From an uncultured delta proteobacterium (GTDB lineage: Bacteria; Myxococcota_A; Polyangia; Polyangiales; Polyangiaceae): a stretch of DNA of 64,000 bases. The stretch is taken from assembly GCA_963696385.1 (NCBI GenBank), contig CAVOKF010000008.1, forward strand, positions 704,001 to 768,000. The letters run 5' to 3'. Both the position numbers and the translations under genes were made by a program. The notes beneath the pieces are model-generated. The model saw only the letters and a program-made list of their open reading frames with translations, was not told the origin of the DNA and ran no database searches. Below are positions 1-9,409 of the stretch, piece after piece (the first letter of the stretch is position 1; each line of letters opens with the position of its first letter).

Positions 1-801
1 GGGAATGGGGTCGGTCATCACCCGGGCGATGACCGACGTCAGGGTGCCGATAAAAGGCGGATGGCCCGTCAAAAGCTCGTAGAAAACAATCCCGAGCGAC
101 CAGATGTCGCTCCGCTGATCCGCCTCGTCGGCGGAACGAAGCTGCTCGGGCGCGGCGTAGCACGGCGTTCCGAAGTATTGACCCGCTTGGGTGAGCCGCG
201 AGGTCCTCGCGTCGTCGTCCTCCGCCGTCTTCGAGATGCCAAAATCGAGGACCTTGACGAGCTCGCGGTCGCCGACCCGGCACATGAAGAGGTTCGCAGG
301 CTTCAGGTCCCGGTGGATGATGCCGAGCGCGTGGGCCTCCTGCATGGCATCGGCGACCTGTACGACGATGTCGACGGCGCGCTCGACGGACATCGTTCCG
401 ACCGTGGGAAGGGTCGCGTCGAGATCGGCGCCCTCCAGAAACTCCATGACGATGTAGGGAAGGCCGCTCGGCAGGGTGTCGACATCGACGATGCGTGCGG
501 TGTGAATCGACCGCAGCTGCGCCGTCGCGCGCGCCTCGCGCTCGAAGCGGGTGAGGACTTCCTCGAAATCGGGGATGCCGGCGCGAAGCACTTTGATGGC
601 GAGCCGCTGGCGGAGTCTCAGGTGCACCGCCTCGTACACGACGGCCATTCCGCCCTCTCCGAGCCAGCGCACCACCTGGTACTTGCCCGCGATCGTATCG
701 CCGGGCGTCGGCATCCCGGGATGATCGGAAGGAACCTTGGCCTTAGGCAGCGGCCGCGGACCCGGCGCACTCAACGACTGGGCGGCGCCGGATTTCTTCA
801 T
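1..801 (-). CDS. Hanks-type Ser/Thr protein kinase (5' part; runs off window)
   Basis: Manual minus-strand translation from ATG 801: KYQVVRWLGEGGMAVVYEA, LAIKVL, IIHRDLKPAN, KVLDFGISK, GTPCYAAPEQ, SDIWSLG. Absent from the ORF track because there is no stop in the window. Confidence 0.95.
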   Translation of the reverse strand, partial: MKKSGAAQSLSAPGPRPLPKAKVPSDHPGMPTPGDTIAGKYQVVRWLGEGGMAVVYEAVHLRLRQRLAIKVLRAGIPDFEEVLTRFEREARATAQLRSIHTARIVDVDTLPSGLPYIVMEFLEGADLDATLPTVGTMSVERAVDIVVQVADAMQEAHALGIIHRDLKPANLFMCRVGDRELVKVLDFGISKTAEDDDARTSRLTQAGQYFGTPCYAAPEQLRSADEADQRSDIWSLGIVFYELLTGHPPFIGTLTSVIARVMTDPIP

Positions 802-947
802 GACACCAATTGTTACGTACGGAACCAACGGCGCTTGTCTTAAGCGACGCCGTCGGCGGCGACCGCGTCTCGCCTTGGGGGGCAGCCGAGCCGATGGAGG
901 TCTAGAGGTGATACCTCGCACCCGCGTGCTACGTTGCAGGTCCTGCC

Positions 948-1649
948 ATGGGCATCTTCGATCGCATGGGAAAGGTGATTCAAAGCAATTTGAACTCACT
1001 GCTCGACCGGGCGGAGGACGACAAAAAGCTCATCGACCTCAACCTCGACGACATGGACGCTCAGATCAAGGCGGGCCACCAAGAGGTCGTTCAAGCCGTC
1101 GCCGCAGAGAAACAGCTGCGCAAGAAGTGCGATGAGCTTTCGGCCGACGTGGCGCGTTGGGACAAGCGCGCCGAACTCGCTCTGAAGAGCGGCGACGAAG
1201 CGCTCGCGCGCGAGGCGCTCAAGCAGAAGAAGCGCGTGGCGGGCGAGCTCGAGACGGCCGATCGCGTGCGCACCGAACAACGCGACGCCGCGCTGCGAAT
1301 GAAGGGGGAGCTCGAACGCATGAAGTCGAGACTCGCCGAGCTGCGGTTGCGAAAAGGGACCATCGTCGCGCGCGCGACGCAAGCGCACGGCGGCGTGGGG
1401 GCCGATCAGCTCGGCGCGAAGAGAACGGGATCGAGTGCTTTCGACAACTTTCGGCGCATGGAAGAAAAAATCGAAGGGCGCGAAGCCGAAGGCGCGGCGA
1501 TGGCCGAAGTCGACAGCGCTCTCGGCCGCGGTTCCAGCGCCGACGACGTCGAGGCGAAATTCCGCGAACTGGAAGCGCGCGTCGGTGGCGGCGCGTCCTC
1601 GGACGTCGACGACGAACTCGCAGCGCTCAAAAAGCGCATCCGCGTCTGA
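948..1649 (+). CDS. pspA: PspA/IM30 family protein
   Basis: MGIFDRMGKVIQSNLNSLLD N-terminus, coiled coil, ALKSGDEALAREAL, AFDNFRRMEEKI, VDDELAALK. Confidence 0.92.
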   Translation: MGIFDRMGKVIQSNLNSLLDRAEDDKKLIDLNLDDMDAQIKAGHQEVVQAVAAEKQLRKKCDELSADVARWDKRAELALKSGDEALAREALKQKKRVAGELETADRVRTEQRDAALRMKGELERMKSRLAELRLRKGTIVARATQAHGGVGADQLGAKRTGSSAFDNFRRMEEKIEGREAEGAAMAEVDSALGRGSSADDVEAKFRELEARVGGGASSDVDDELAALKKRIRV

Positions 1650-1668
1650 AGCGCAGGCTAACCGGTTC

Positions 1669-1987
1669 GAAACCAAACTGCGGGCTTGGGGCTGGAGAGC
1701 TCGAGGGGAGAGCCTCTCCCCTCGACTCCACGAGCGTGCCGGGCCCGCCGAGGGGAGCCCGAAGGGCGGACCGAGGCTCAGGGTGATCCGAGTCCCTCGA
1801 AACCCGACCGAGTCCCTCGAGACCCAATCCCCCTAGAAACCAAACTCCGGGCTGGGGAGCTCGAGGGGAGAGCCTCTCCCCTCGACTCCACGAGCGTGCC
1901 GGGCCCGCCGAGGGGAGCCCGAAGGACCGAGGCTCAGGGTGATCCGAGCCCCTCGAGACCACAGGCTGATCCGAGTCCCTCGAAACC
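1669..1987. repeat. Intergenic direct repeat (two copies, 160-bp core period) with 25-nt palindrome
   Basis: 1697-1765 matches 1857-1925. Palindrome TCGAGGGGAGAG-C-CTCTCCCCTCGA at 1701-1725 and 1861-1885. Sub-motif CCGAG(T/C)CCCTCGA(A/G)ACC occurs four times. Confidence 0.9.
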
Positions 1988-2005
1988 AAGTTATACTTAC
2001 GGGTT

Positions 2006-2470
2006 ATGGACGAATGGCACCGTAAGCTTGCCCGCGATCTGGTCGCCCGCACACCCGCTGTCACGCCCGACGAGCGGGCCACCGCGCTCGAGGTCGCGTT
2101 CGGCGACGCGCGCGCGGCCGTGGCGTTCACGCTCGAGTTCGCGCGTGCGCACCGCATCGTGGCGACCGGGAACGTCGCGGGCGACGACCTATGGATTCAG
2201 CTCGGCGAAGCGCGTGCGCGGTTCACCCTGAATCGACGCGAGGCGCGCGTGACCGTGCGCGCACACGGCGACGAGAAGCACTTGCAGTGGGACGACGCGA
2301 AGAACGCGATCGTCGACGCGACCGGGACCTTGGCCGATCTGCAGGCAGCAGCCCGCAGCACATTGGATGCGATCGTCAGCGAATGGCAGTCCAGTCCAAC
2401 CGTCGCGCTGCTGTCGAGCATCCCGCCTCAGCCCGATCCGGAACACGACGACGAGCCGACGAAGGGGTGA
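2006..2470 (+). CDS. Hypothetical protein
   Basis: 154-aa ORF with globular-looking composition filling the gap before the convergent gene. Confidence 0.7.
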   Translation: MDEWHRKLARDLVARTPAVTPDERATALEVAFGDARAAVAFTLEFARAHRIVATGNVAGDDLWIQLGEARARFTLNRREARVTVRAHGDEKHLQWDDAKNAIVDATGTLADLQAAARSTLDAIVSEWQSSPTVALLSSIPPQPDPEHDDEPTKG

Positions 2471-2513
2471 TCGGCTGTGCGGTCCGCCAACGCCCTGACG
2501 GCCGCCGGCGGGT

Positions 2514-3092
2514 CTACGCCGGTCCGCGGACCGGCCGTCGCCACTTGATGCTGCAGCCGACGCTCGGGCGCTGGTCCGCCGAGGGCGACCGGCCGGCCGC
2601 CACGGCCTCGATGGCCGCACGCAAATCGCGGCCGGTCACCGGTTTGCCGTTCGACGGACGGCTGTCGTCGAGTTGTCCTCGGTACGCGAGTTTTTTCTGC
2701 GCGTCGAAGACGAACAGATCGGGTGTGCACTCCGCGTGCAAGGCCCGCGCAACCGCTTGCGTGTCGTCGAACAAGAAAGGAAAGCGCCAGCGCTCGGCGC
2801 GCGCGAGGCGCGCCATCGCGTCCGGACCGTCCTGCGGATACGTGGCGAGGTCGTTCGAGTTGATCGCCACGACGGCGAGCCCGAGGTCGATCGCCTCGTG
2901 GGCCACGCGAACGAGCTCGCTCCGAACATGGACGACGAACGGGCAATGGTTGCAGATGACCAAGACGACCGTCCCGCGTTTGCCCTCGGCGAGTGCGCCG
3001 ACGTCGACCGGCGCGCCGTCGACGGCGTTGGTGAGTCGGATGGCCGGCAGCGGCGTTCCGAGCGGCAGCATACCGGAGGGGGTGTCGGCCAT
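2514..3092 (-). CDS. Thioredoxin-fold AhpC/TSA (redoxin) family protein
   Basis: C-terminal part of ORF 2514..4583 from ATG 3092: ICNHCPFV, AINSND..YPQDGP, FLFDDTQAVA, CTPDLFVFD, YRGQLDDSRP, GCSIKW. Confidence 0.9.
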   Translation of the reverse strand: MADTPSGMLPLGTPLPAIRLTNAVDGAPVDVGALAEGKRGTVVLVICNHCPFVVHVRSELVRVAHEAIDLGLAVVAINSNDLATYPQDGPDAMARLARAERWRFPFLFDDTQAVARALHAECTPDLFVFDAQKKLAYRGQLDDSRPSNGKPVTGRDLRAAIEAVAAGRSPSADQRPSVGCSIKWRRPVRGPA

Positions 3093-3097
3093 GATCG

Positions 3098-4507
3098 TCA
3101 CCGATTCATCGTGTGGATGGCCTGCCCGAGGCCGTTGAGGCTCGCCTCCATCAGCCCTTCGCCCAGGGTCGGATGCGGATGCATCGTCAAACCGACGTCC
3201 TCGAGAAACGCGTGCATTTCGAGCGCGAGGGCGCCCTCGCTGATGAAATCCGTGGCCTCGGGACCGACGATGTGGATGCCCAGGATTTCGTGCGAGGTCT
3301 TGTCCGCCACGACCTTGATGAAGCCATCGGTCTCGTTCACGGCCATCGCCCGACCGAGGATGCTGAACGGGAATTTCCCAATGCGCACGTCGAGGCCCTT
3401 GTCTTTGGCCTGCACCTCGCCGATGCCGACCGTGGCGATCTCGGGATCGGTGAAAATCGCCGCCGGAACGGCGACCCAGTCTTTGGCCGCCTTGTGTCCC
3501 GCGAGGACCTCGGCGACCACCTCGCCCTCTTTGCTGGCCTTGTGCGCGAGCATCGGAACGCTCGAGCAATCGCCGATGGCGTAGATCCCCGGCACGCTCG
3601 TGCTGCCCGTCAGGTCCGTGGGCACGAACCCTCGGTCGACTTTGACGCCGAGCTCCTCGAGCCCGATACCGGCCCCGTTCGGCCGCATGCCGACCGCCAC
3701 GAGCACGACGTCGGTGACGACGGTATCGGTCTTGCCGCCGACTTCGAGCCGAACCGCGATCGATCCGTCCTTCTGCGGCTCGTAGCCGAGGGCCTTGGCT
3801 CCCTTCAGAATCTTGGCGCCCCGCTTCGTGTAGAGCCGTTCGACCACGGCTGCGACGTCCGGGTCCACGCCCGTCAGAAGGTTGGGCAAGGCCTCCACGA
3901 TCGTGATGTCGCTGCCGAGCCGCTGATACGCCCCGCCGAGCTCCATGCCGATGATGCCGCCGCCGATGACGAGCAGCCGACGAGGAACCTCCCGCAGACT
4001 GACGGCTTCCTTCGCGCCGATGATCCTCTTGCCGTCGAACTTGAACGTCGGAATCTCGATGGTCGACGACCCGGTCGCGACGACGATTCCTTTCGTCGCT
4101 TCGAACGTCTCGGTCGCGCCCTCGCGCGTGCGCACCGCGACGGTCTTCGGCCCCGTCAGCCGCGCCTCGCCGTAAAGCAGATCGGCGCCATTGCCGCGAA
4201 GAAGACTGCGCACGCCGCCGGTCAGCTTCTTGATGATCCCCTCTTTCCAATCCTGGAGCTTGTTCGCGTCGATGCGAGGGTTGTCGACCAAAAGGCCATA
4301 CGACGATCCGGCCTTCACCTTCTCGTAGGTGTGGCTCGTGGCGATGATGGCCTTGCTGGGAACGCAGCCCCAGTTCAGGCACACGCCGCCCACTTCTTCC
4401 TTTTCGATGCAGAGCACCTTCTGCTTCAACTGCCCGAGTCGGATCGCGCAAACGTAACCACCGGGACCACCGCCGATGACGATTGCGTCGTACGTCTTGC
4501 TCGCCAT
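3098..4507 (-). CDS. lpdA: Dihydrolipoyl dehydrogenase (E3)
   Basis: IGGGPGGY FAD motif, GGVCLNWGCVPSK redox disulfide, IGGGIIGME NAD motif, HPHPTLGE. Confidence 0.97.
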   Translation of the reverse strand: MASKTYDAIVIGGGPGGYVCAIRLGQLKQKVLCIEKEEVGGVCLNWGCVPSKAIIATSHTYEKVKAGSSYGLLVDNPRIDANKLQDWKEGIIKKLTGGVRSLLRGNGADLLYGEARLTGPKTVAVRTREGATETFEATKGIVVATGSSTIEIPTFKFDGKRIIGAKEAVSLREVPRRLLVIGGGIIGMELGGAYQRLGSDITIVEALPNLLTGVDPDVAAVVERLYTKRGAKILKGAKALGYEPQKDGSIAVRLEVGGKTDTVVTDVVLVAVGMRPNGAGIGLEELGVKVDRGFVPTDLTGSTSVPGIYAIGDCSSVPMLAHKASKEGEVVAEVLAGHKAAKDWVAVPAAIFTDPEIATVGIGEVQAKDKGLDVRIGKFPFSILGRAMAVNETDGFIKVVADKTSHEILGIHIVGPEATDFISEGALALEMHAFLEDVGLTMHPHPTLGEGLMEASLNGLGQAIHTMNR

Positions 4508-4586
4508 GCCCTGTCTCCTCGCGGCCGCCCCCGGATAGAGGGCGGCTCGAACGTCCCATGAACCCCCCAAACAAGCTAATCATCTC

Positions 4587-5717
4587 TCAGGTAGGGACAA
4601 ATCGCACTCTTTTCAACCAATCGAGCTCCTGCCGGAGGGCGGGCGGCACCGCCGCGTAGACGTCCTCGACGAGCGTCTCGAGCGCCGGCGGTGGCAACGC
4701 TTCCGAGGCGTCGATCGCGCTCGCGATTTCGGCTGCCAATTCGGCGCGCAACGCCGCATCGCTCGCGTCGGAGACGAGGCCGAGCCCCGCGAGGTGGCGG
4801 CGCAGCCGGTCCAGGGGATCCTTGGCCGCCCAGGCGATCTTGTCGGATTCGGAGCGGTACAGGGTCGGGTCGTCGCTCGTCGAATGGGGTCCCATGCGGT
4901 ACGTCACCGCTTCGATGAACGTCGTCCCCTGCCCTGCGCGCGCCCGATCGAGGGCCGTTCGAACGGCAGCGTACACGGCGAGCACGTCGTTGCCGTCGAC
5001 GCGAACCCCCGGGATCCCGTACGCGCGTGCCTTGATGGCCAGCGTGCGCGCCGCGGTCTGGCGCTCGACCGGCACGCTGATGGACCACTGGTTATTCTGG
5101 CAGACGAGCACCGCGGGCGCTTTCCACGCTGCCGCGAAGGTCATCGCGGCGTGAAAGTCGCCATGACTGGTCGCGCCGTCTCCGAGAAACGCCACCGCCA
5201 CGGCACCCGTCTTGCGGGCGAGCATCGCCCACGCCGCGCCGATCGCGTGCGGCAGCTGCGTGCCGATGCACGACGACCAGCTCACCTGGTGCACGGCGCG
5301 CCCGGACATGTGGCTCGGCATCTGCCGCCCTTTGAGCACGTCGCCCGAGTTGCCGAAGATCTGCGCCACGAAGGTGCGCAACGGAAAGCCGCGGACGAGC
5401 ATGACGCTCTGCTCGCGCAGCGCCGGGAACACCCAGTCCTCGTCGCGCATCGCGAGGGCGGTAGCGATCGGCACGGCTTCCTGCCCGTGGGCCGCGCCGT
5501 AGAAGCCGACCCGCCCCTGCCGCTGCAGCGCCGTCATTCGAGCGTCCAGCAGGCGCACGCGGTGCATCTCGCGGTACGCGCGTTCGAGAATCTCGGGGCG
5601 CACCTGCGGGTCGGTCGCCGGATCGGCGGTGCCGTCGTCGCGTAAGACCCGCAGCAGGGCGATGTCCGGGTCGTCGTCGCGAGCGACGTCCAGGTCGGCC
5701 GGCGGATCGCTGGGCAT
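4587..5717 (-). CDS. 2-oxoacid dehydrogenase E1 alpha subunit (pyruvate or branched-chain)
   Basis: LQRQGRVGFY, GRQMPSH, ThDP motif GDGATS...NNQWSIS, TYRMGPHSTSDD. Confidence 0.93.
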   Translation of the reverse strand: MPSDPPADLDVARDDDPDIALLRVLRDDGTADPATDPQVRPEILERAYREMHRVRLLDARMTALQRQGRVGFYGAAHGQEAVPIATALAMRDEDWVFPALREQSVMLVRGFPLRTFVAQIFGNSGDVLKGRQMPSHMSGRAVHQVSWSSCIGTQLPHAIGAAWAMLARKTGAVAVAFLGDGATSHGDFHAAMTFAAAWKAPAVLVCQNNQWSISVPVERQTAARTLAIKARAYGIPGVRVDGNDVLAVYAAVRTALDRARAGQGTTFIEAVTYRMGPHSTSDDPTLYRSESDKIAWAAKDPLDRLRRHLAGLGLVSDASDAALRAELAAEIASAIDASEALPPPALETLVEDVYAAVPPALRQELDWLKRVRFVPT

Positions 5718-5723
5718 GGACGT

Positions 5724-6788
5724 TTAGTCCGCGCCCGTATCCGCGCGCGGCGATCCATCCGTCGGCGCCGGCGCCCCGTCGATCGAATCGAGACCCCCGT
5801 CGGACGCGTGCGCCGAGCCGTCGATCGACCCCGCGGCTGCGTCGGAGACGCTGACCGATCCCGCCGTCGCATCGGCCTCGTCGTGGCCCCCGTCGAACGA
5901 TGACGAGGATCCGGTGGAAGCCGTCGCGTCGGCCGAAGTCAGGCCGGCATCGGCTTCGAACGCGCCGGCGCCAGCCGGGGGAGGGCCACAAAAAAGCGGA
6001 ACCGCGGCGGAGAAGAAACTTTGCAGCGACGACTGCAAGCACGCGGCTATCGCAGCGCCGCCGTCGGCCGGCAAGCCCCCCGCGTCGGCCCGGGCGCAGG
6101 CGGCCGCGCCGACGTAGAGCTGGCATCCGCTGAGGTCCGCTTGCTGCGCGCACGTGTCGTACGCCGAAATCGAGATCCCGTCGTTCGGCGTCACCGGACA
6201 ATTTGCAGCGCAGGAGGCGAACTCGCAACCGGCGAGCTCCTGGACCGCCTCCGCGCAGGACAGCGCCGACGGATTGCTCGGATCGCTCAACTCGATGCAC
6301 CCTGCGACGTTCAGCTGAATCCACCCGGAGACGTCGACGATGAGCGGCCCGTAGGTGCCCGAGTCGGGTGGAGCCTCCAGGCAGCTGGCGCACCCCGGAT
6401 ACGGGGCGAGCTGGACGCTGCACAGATGCGCCGACGCGCGCGACCCAAAGCAAGCCTCGTACAAGGCGTCGAGCGCTTCGGCGGACGCCGGGCACGCGCC
6501 CGGTGTGCGTTCGGCCGGGTGATACTCGGCGGGGACGAACGTGGGCACGTCACCGGGGATGCACGCGCTCGCATCGATGAGGGTGGCGTCGCCGGTGCTT
6601 TCGGGGAGCCCGGCCGCCGCGTTGGCCAGAGGCACGGCGCCGGCGTCACCGGCGACGGTCGCGAACGTCGAGTTCGACACGGCGGCGCAAGCCGCGAGCG
6701 CAAGCATCGCCACGCAGCTGGCGAGACGTCCCACGGATGCGCGAGCGCCGGCGGCGCACGAAACCGCGCGAAGCCAAATGGAAGTCAA
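5724..6788 (-). CDS. Cys-rich putative lipoprotein with acidic DAG-type tail
   Basis: Lipobox-like LALAAC, many Cys, Asp/Ala/Gly/Ser low-complexity C-terminus. Start uncertain (TTG 6788 or ATG 6707). Confidence 0.7.
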   Translation of the reverse strand: MTSIWLRAVSCAAGARASVGRLASCVAMLALAACAAVSNSTFATVAGDAGAVPLANAAAGLPESTGDATLIDASACIPGDVPTFVPAEYHPAERTPGACPASAEALDALYEACFGSRASAHLCSVQLAPYPGCASCLEAPPDSGTYGPLIVDVSGWIQLNVAGCIELSDPSNPSALSCAEAVQELAGCEFASCAANCPVTPNDGISISAYDTCAQQADLSGCQLYVGAAACARADAGGLPADGGAAIAACLQSSLQSFFSAAVPLFCGPPPAGAGAFEADAGLTSADATASTGSSSSFDGGHDEADATAGSVSVSDAAAGSIDGSAHASDGGLDSIDGAPAPTDGSPRADTGAD

Positions 6789-6936
6789 GGATTGACTCGA
6801 ACTATGCCACGATCGCGGAACCGGCGCGAACGCGGACCTTCGTGACCCTCGGTGACCTCGGCCCCTCCCCACGGCTCCCCCATGGCCCCCCCCAAGCTCG
6901 ACCGAATCGAGCGCGGCCCGGCCCAGGTTGGATGGC

Positions 6937-7521
6937 CTACCGGCCGGGCTCCGGACCTCCTCGAGCGGCAGCGGCAGCGGGATCTCGATCCGCGCCGTCG
7001 ACCGACCCCTGGCTCGAATCGCGCGCAGGCGGCGGCCCATGCGCCCGCCCCGACGACAACGTCACGACGTGCAGAGCGATGACGACGGTCAGAAGTCCGA
7101 GCTCGGCCTGGCCGCACAGTTCGGCAAGATCGTGGAGCCGCGAAAGTTCGAGTCCGGCGCCGCCCAGCCCGCGCAGAACCCCCTGCGCGTGCAGGTGGGC
7201 GATCCGGGGCGAGACGTGAATCCCTTCGAACACGGCGACGACGGCGGCCGCGGCCGAGACGAACGCTCGAGCGTGGTCGAATCGCCGAAAGGGCATGCGC
7301 AGCGCGGCGCGCACGGCTTCGGTGGCCAGAACGACGGAAGCACAGGCCATGGCCACCGTGTCGAAGCGGCGGAAGACGACGGTCATCGCGTCCGCGCTGG
7401 TCGGCAAGGGCACCCGGGCGAAAATGACCGGCGCCGCCAGGGCGCCGAGCGCGACCAGGCCGCCCATCCATACCGCGACCGCGACCAGCGCGATCCCCGA
7501 GCCGACCTGCAGCACGACCAT
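6937..7521 (-). CDS. DUF4149/TMEM205-like membrane protein
   Basis: WMGGLVALGALAAPVIF, MTVVFRRF, SPRIAHLH, RLHDLAE; four hydrophobic segments. Start uncertain. Confidence 0.7.
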   Translation of the reverse strand: MVVLQVGSGIALVAVAVWMGGLVALGALAAPVIFARVPLPTSADAMTVVFRRFDTVAMACASVVLATEAVRAALRMPFRRFDHARAFVSAAAAVVAVFEGIHVSPRIAHLHAQGVLRGLGGAGLELSRLHDLAELCGQAELGLLTVVIALHVVTLSSGRAHGPPPARDSSQGSVDGADRDPAAAAARGGPEPGR

Positions 7522-7546
7522 GCGCGTGCGGCCCGCAAGCGCGGAT

Positions 7547-8599
7547 TCAGTCGACGGCGAGACGGACGAGGGCTTCCCGAACGAGTGCATCATCGACGGC
7601 ATCTCCGAGGTTTTCGAGCGCGGGTCGCGCTTCTCCGATCCGCGCGCGACCGGCCGCAACGACCGCGGCCTCGCGCGTAGCACGCTTCCACGACGACAGG
7701 TCCGACACGATGTCGGTCCTCGCCTTTTCGTGGCCCATGCGAGCCAGGGCTGTCCGCGCGTGCCACGCCGTGCTCGAGCGGTCGCCGCCGCCCCAGCTCA
7801 GCACGGATCGGAGCACGCGCTGGGTGCCCCAGACGCGCTGCTCGAGATGCGGGATCGCCTCGCGCAAGCGAAGCTCGCCGGCGAGCTCGACGCAAGCTTG
7901 CTCGTCTTCGATCTCGGGGGTGTTGCGGCGCCCGGATACGACCTCGAGGACGACCTGCCGTCCGATCGGGTGGCCGAGACGAGCCAGATAGATCGCCGCC
8001 ACAATCGCGACCGCTTCGTCCGGCGTGTCGATGAGCTGCCCGGCACGCGCAGCGAGGCGCGCGTCGCGCAGCGGTTCGCCGTCCACGCCGTACTCCTCGG
8101 CGACCCGCATGGCGATGTAGCGAATGGCCTCGTCCGGATCGTCGAGGGCGGCGGCCAGTGCCGATGCGACCGCCGGGGGATCGTCCTTCGCCACGCGCGC
8201 GAACGCGATGACGGCCTGGTAGCGCACCTCCGGGCGAGGGTCGGACAATGCGCGATCGAGTCGCTGCGTCGCGCGCGGGTCGGCGATCTCGCCGAGCGCC
8301 GACAGGGCCATCTGGCGCACGAACGCGTCGTCGTCCTCGACCGCGACCAACAGCGTGGGTAGGGCTACGTCGGCGCGGACGTCCGCGAGACCGACCGCCG
8401 CCTCCGCACGCACTTCGGCCGCACCGTCTTCGCGCAACGCTCGCTCGAGCAGCGGGATGGCGCGCGCGCGCGTCGCGTCGCTCCGCAGCGCGTGGCGCAC
8501 CAAGTCCCGAATGGCCGCTACGCGGGTCGGGGCCCGATCCGAGCCGACGTCGCGCAAACTGGCTTCGAGGCTACGTGGCAAGAGCGACGGGGTCAGCAC
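7547..8599 (-). CDS. HEAT/PBS-lyase repeat protein
   Basis: Repeated EVRAEAAVGLADV, FVRQMALSALGEI, EVRYQAVIAFARV motifs. Confidence 0.85.
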   Translation of the reverse strand: MLTPSLLPRSLEASLRDVGSDRAPTRVAAIRDLVRHALRSDATRARAIPLLERALREDGAAEVRAEAAVGLADVRADVALPTLLVAVEDDDAFVRQMALSALGEIADPRATQRLDRALSDPRPEVRYQAVIAFARVAKDDPPAVASALAAALDDPDEAIRYIAMRVAEEYGVDGEPLRDARLAARAGQLIDTPDEAVAIVAAIYLARLGHPIGRQVVLEVVSGRRNTPEIEDEQACVELAGELRLREAIPHLEQRVWGTQRVLRSVLSWGGGDRSSTAWHARTALARMGHEKARTDIVSDLSSWKRATREAAVVAAGRARIGEARPALENLGDAVDDALVREALVRLAVD

Positions 8600-8623
8600 G
8601 GGAGGCGAATCCGTGTAGCACCC

Positions 8624-9409
8624 TTAGCGCGTTGTCTCGAACCACTTGCCCGCGACGAGCATGGCCGCGCTCGTGGCGAACACGCCGACGGCACCCACCG
8701 CGAGCACGTGCGGCGCTCGGATCATCGACGCAACGCCTTGGTCGAGAACGCCTCCGAGCGACACACCGTCACGCGGGCCGAACCCGACGAAGGCGAGTGC
8801 CGCTTCGCTCACGACGACTGCCGCGCCGCTCAATCCGAGCTGCACGGAGGCGACACTCAAGAGATTCGGCACGACGTGGCGTACGAGCAAGGCCGCGCGC
8901 CCGCACCCGAGCGCGACCGCGGCGTGCACGAACGAAGCCTCGCGAAGCACGCGCGTCTGCGCGAGCGACAGCCGAGCGAACGGCACCCAGGCTGTGAGCG
9001 CAAAGACGATTCCGATGTGCACACGCGACGGATGAGGCACGGCGCTCAGCACCGCGAGCGCCAAGATGAACGTGGGGAACGCCTGGACGAGATCGCAGGC
9101 TCGCTCGACCAAGCGCTCGAGCCGTCCTCGGGCGAGCGCGGCCGCCGCGCCGAGGGGCGTTCCGACGACGAGGCCGGTCAGCGCCACCGCAACGGCAAGT
9201 GCGATCGCACGTTGCTGCGCGAACAGGACGGCGGACGTCAAGTCGATGCCGGCCTCGCCGCACCCGAACGGGCGCGTCCACGACGGAGGCGCCCAAGCGC
9301 GCGTCGGATCCAGGCGCCCGGGCGGCTCGCGCACGAGCCAGGCACCCATCGCGCTGGCGGCGAGAATCGTGGCGAGCGGGACGAGCGTGGCGCCCCTTCT
9401 GCGCCTCAT
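8624..9409 (-). CDS. ABC peptide/nickel transporter permease (DppC/OppC type)
   Basis: PPSWTRPFGC..G.D, QAFPTFILAL, EAA-like FVHAAVALG, RHVVPN, EAALAFVGFG. ATGA overlap with upstream permease. Confidence 0.88.
   Translation of the reverse strand: MRRRRGATLVPLATILAASAMGAWLVREPPGRLDPTRAWAPPSWTRPFGCGEAGIDLTSAVLFAQQRAIALAVAVALTGLVVGTPLGAAAALARGRLERLVERACDLVQAFPTFILALAVLSAVPHPSRVHIGIVFALTAWVPFARLSLAQTRVLREASFVHAAVALGCGRAALLVRHVVPNLLSVASVQLGLSGAAVVVSEAALAFVGFGPRDGVSLGGVLDQGVASMIRAPHVLAVGAVGVFATSAAMLVAGKWFETTR

Noticed and set aside
61..843. 260-aa plus-strand ORF
   Set aside because: Antisense shadow of the minus-strand Ser/Thr kinase
1669..1987. Possible CRISPR array
   Set aside because: Only two long units, intervening sequences are not unique spacers of regular length, and there are no cas genes in the window
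2015..2032. Sigma54-like TGGCAC...TTGC
   Set aside because: GG-to-GC spacing is 12 rather than 10, and it lies inside a CDS
2514..4583. 689-aa redoxin fusion
   Set aside because: The N-terminal part is an off-frame read of lpdA
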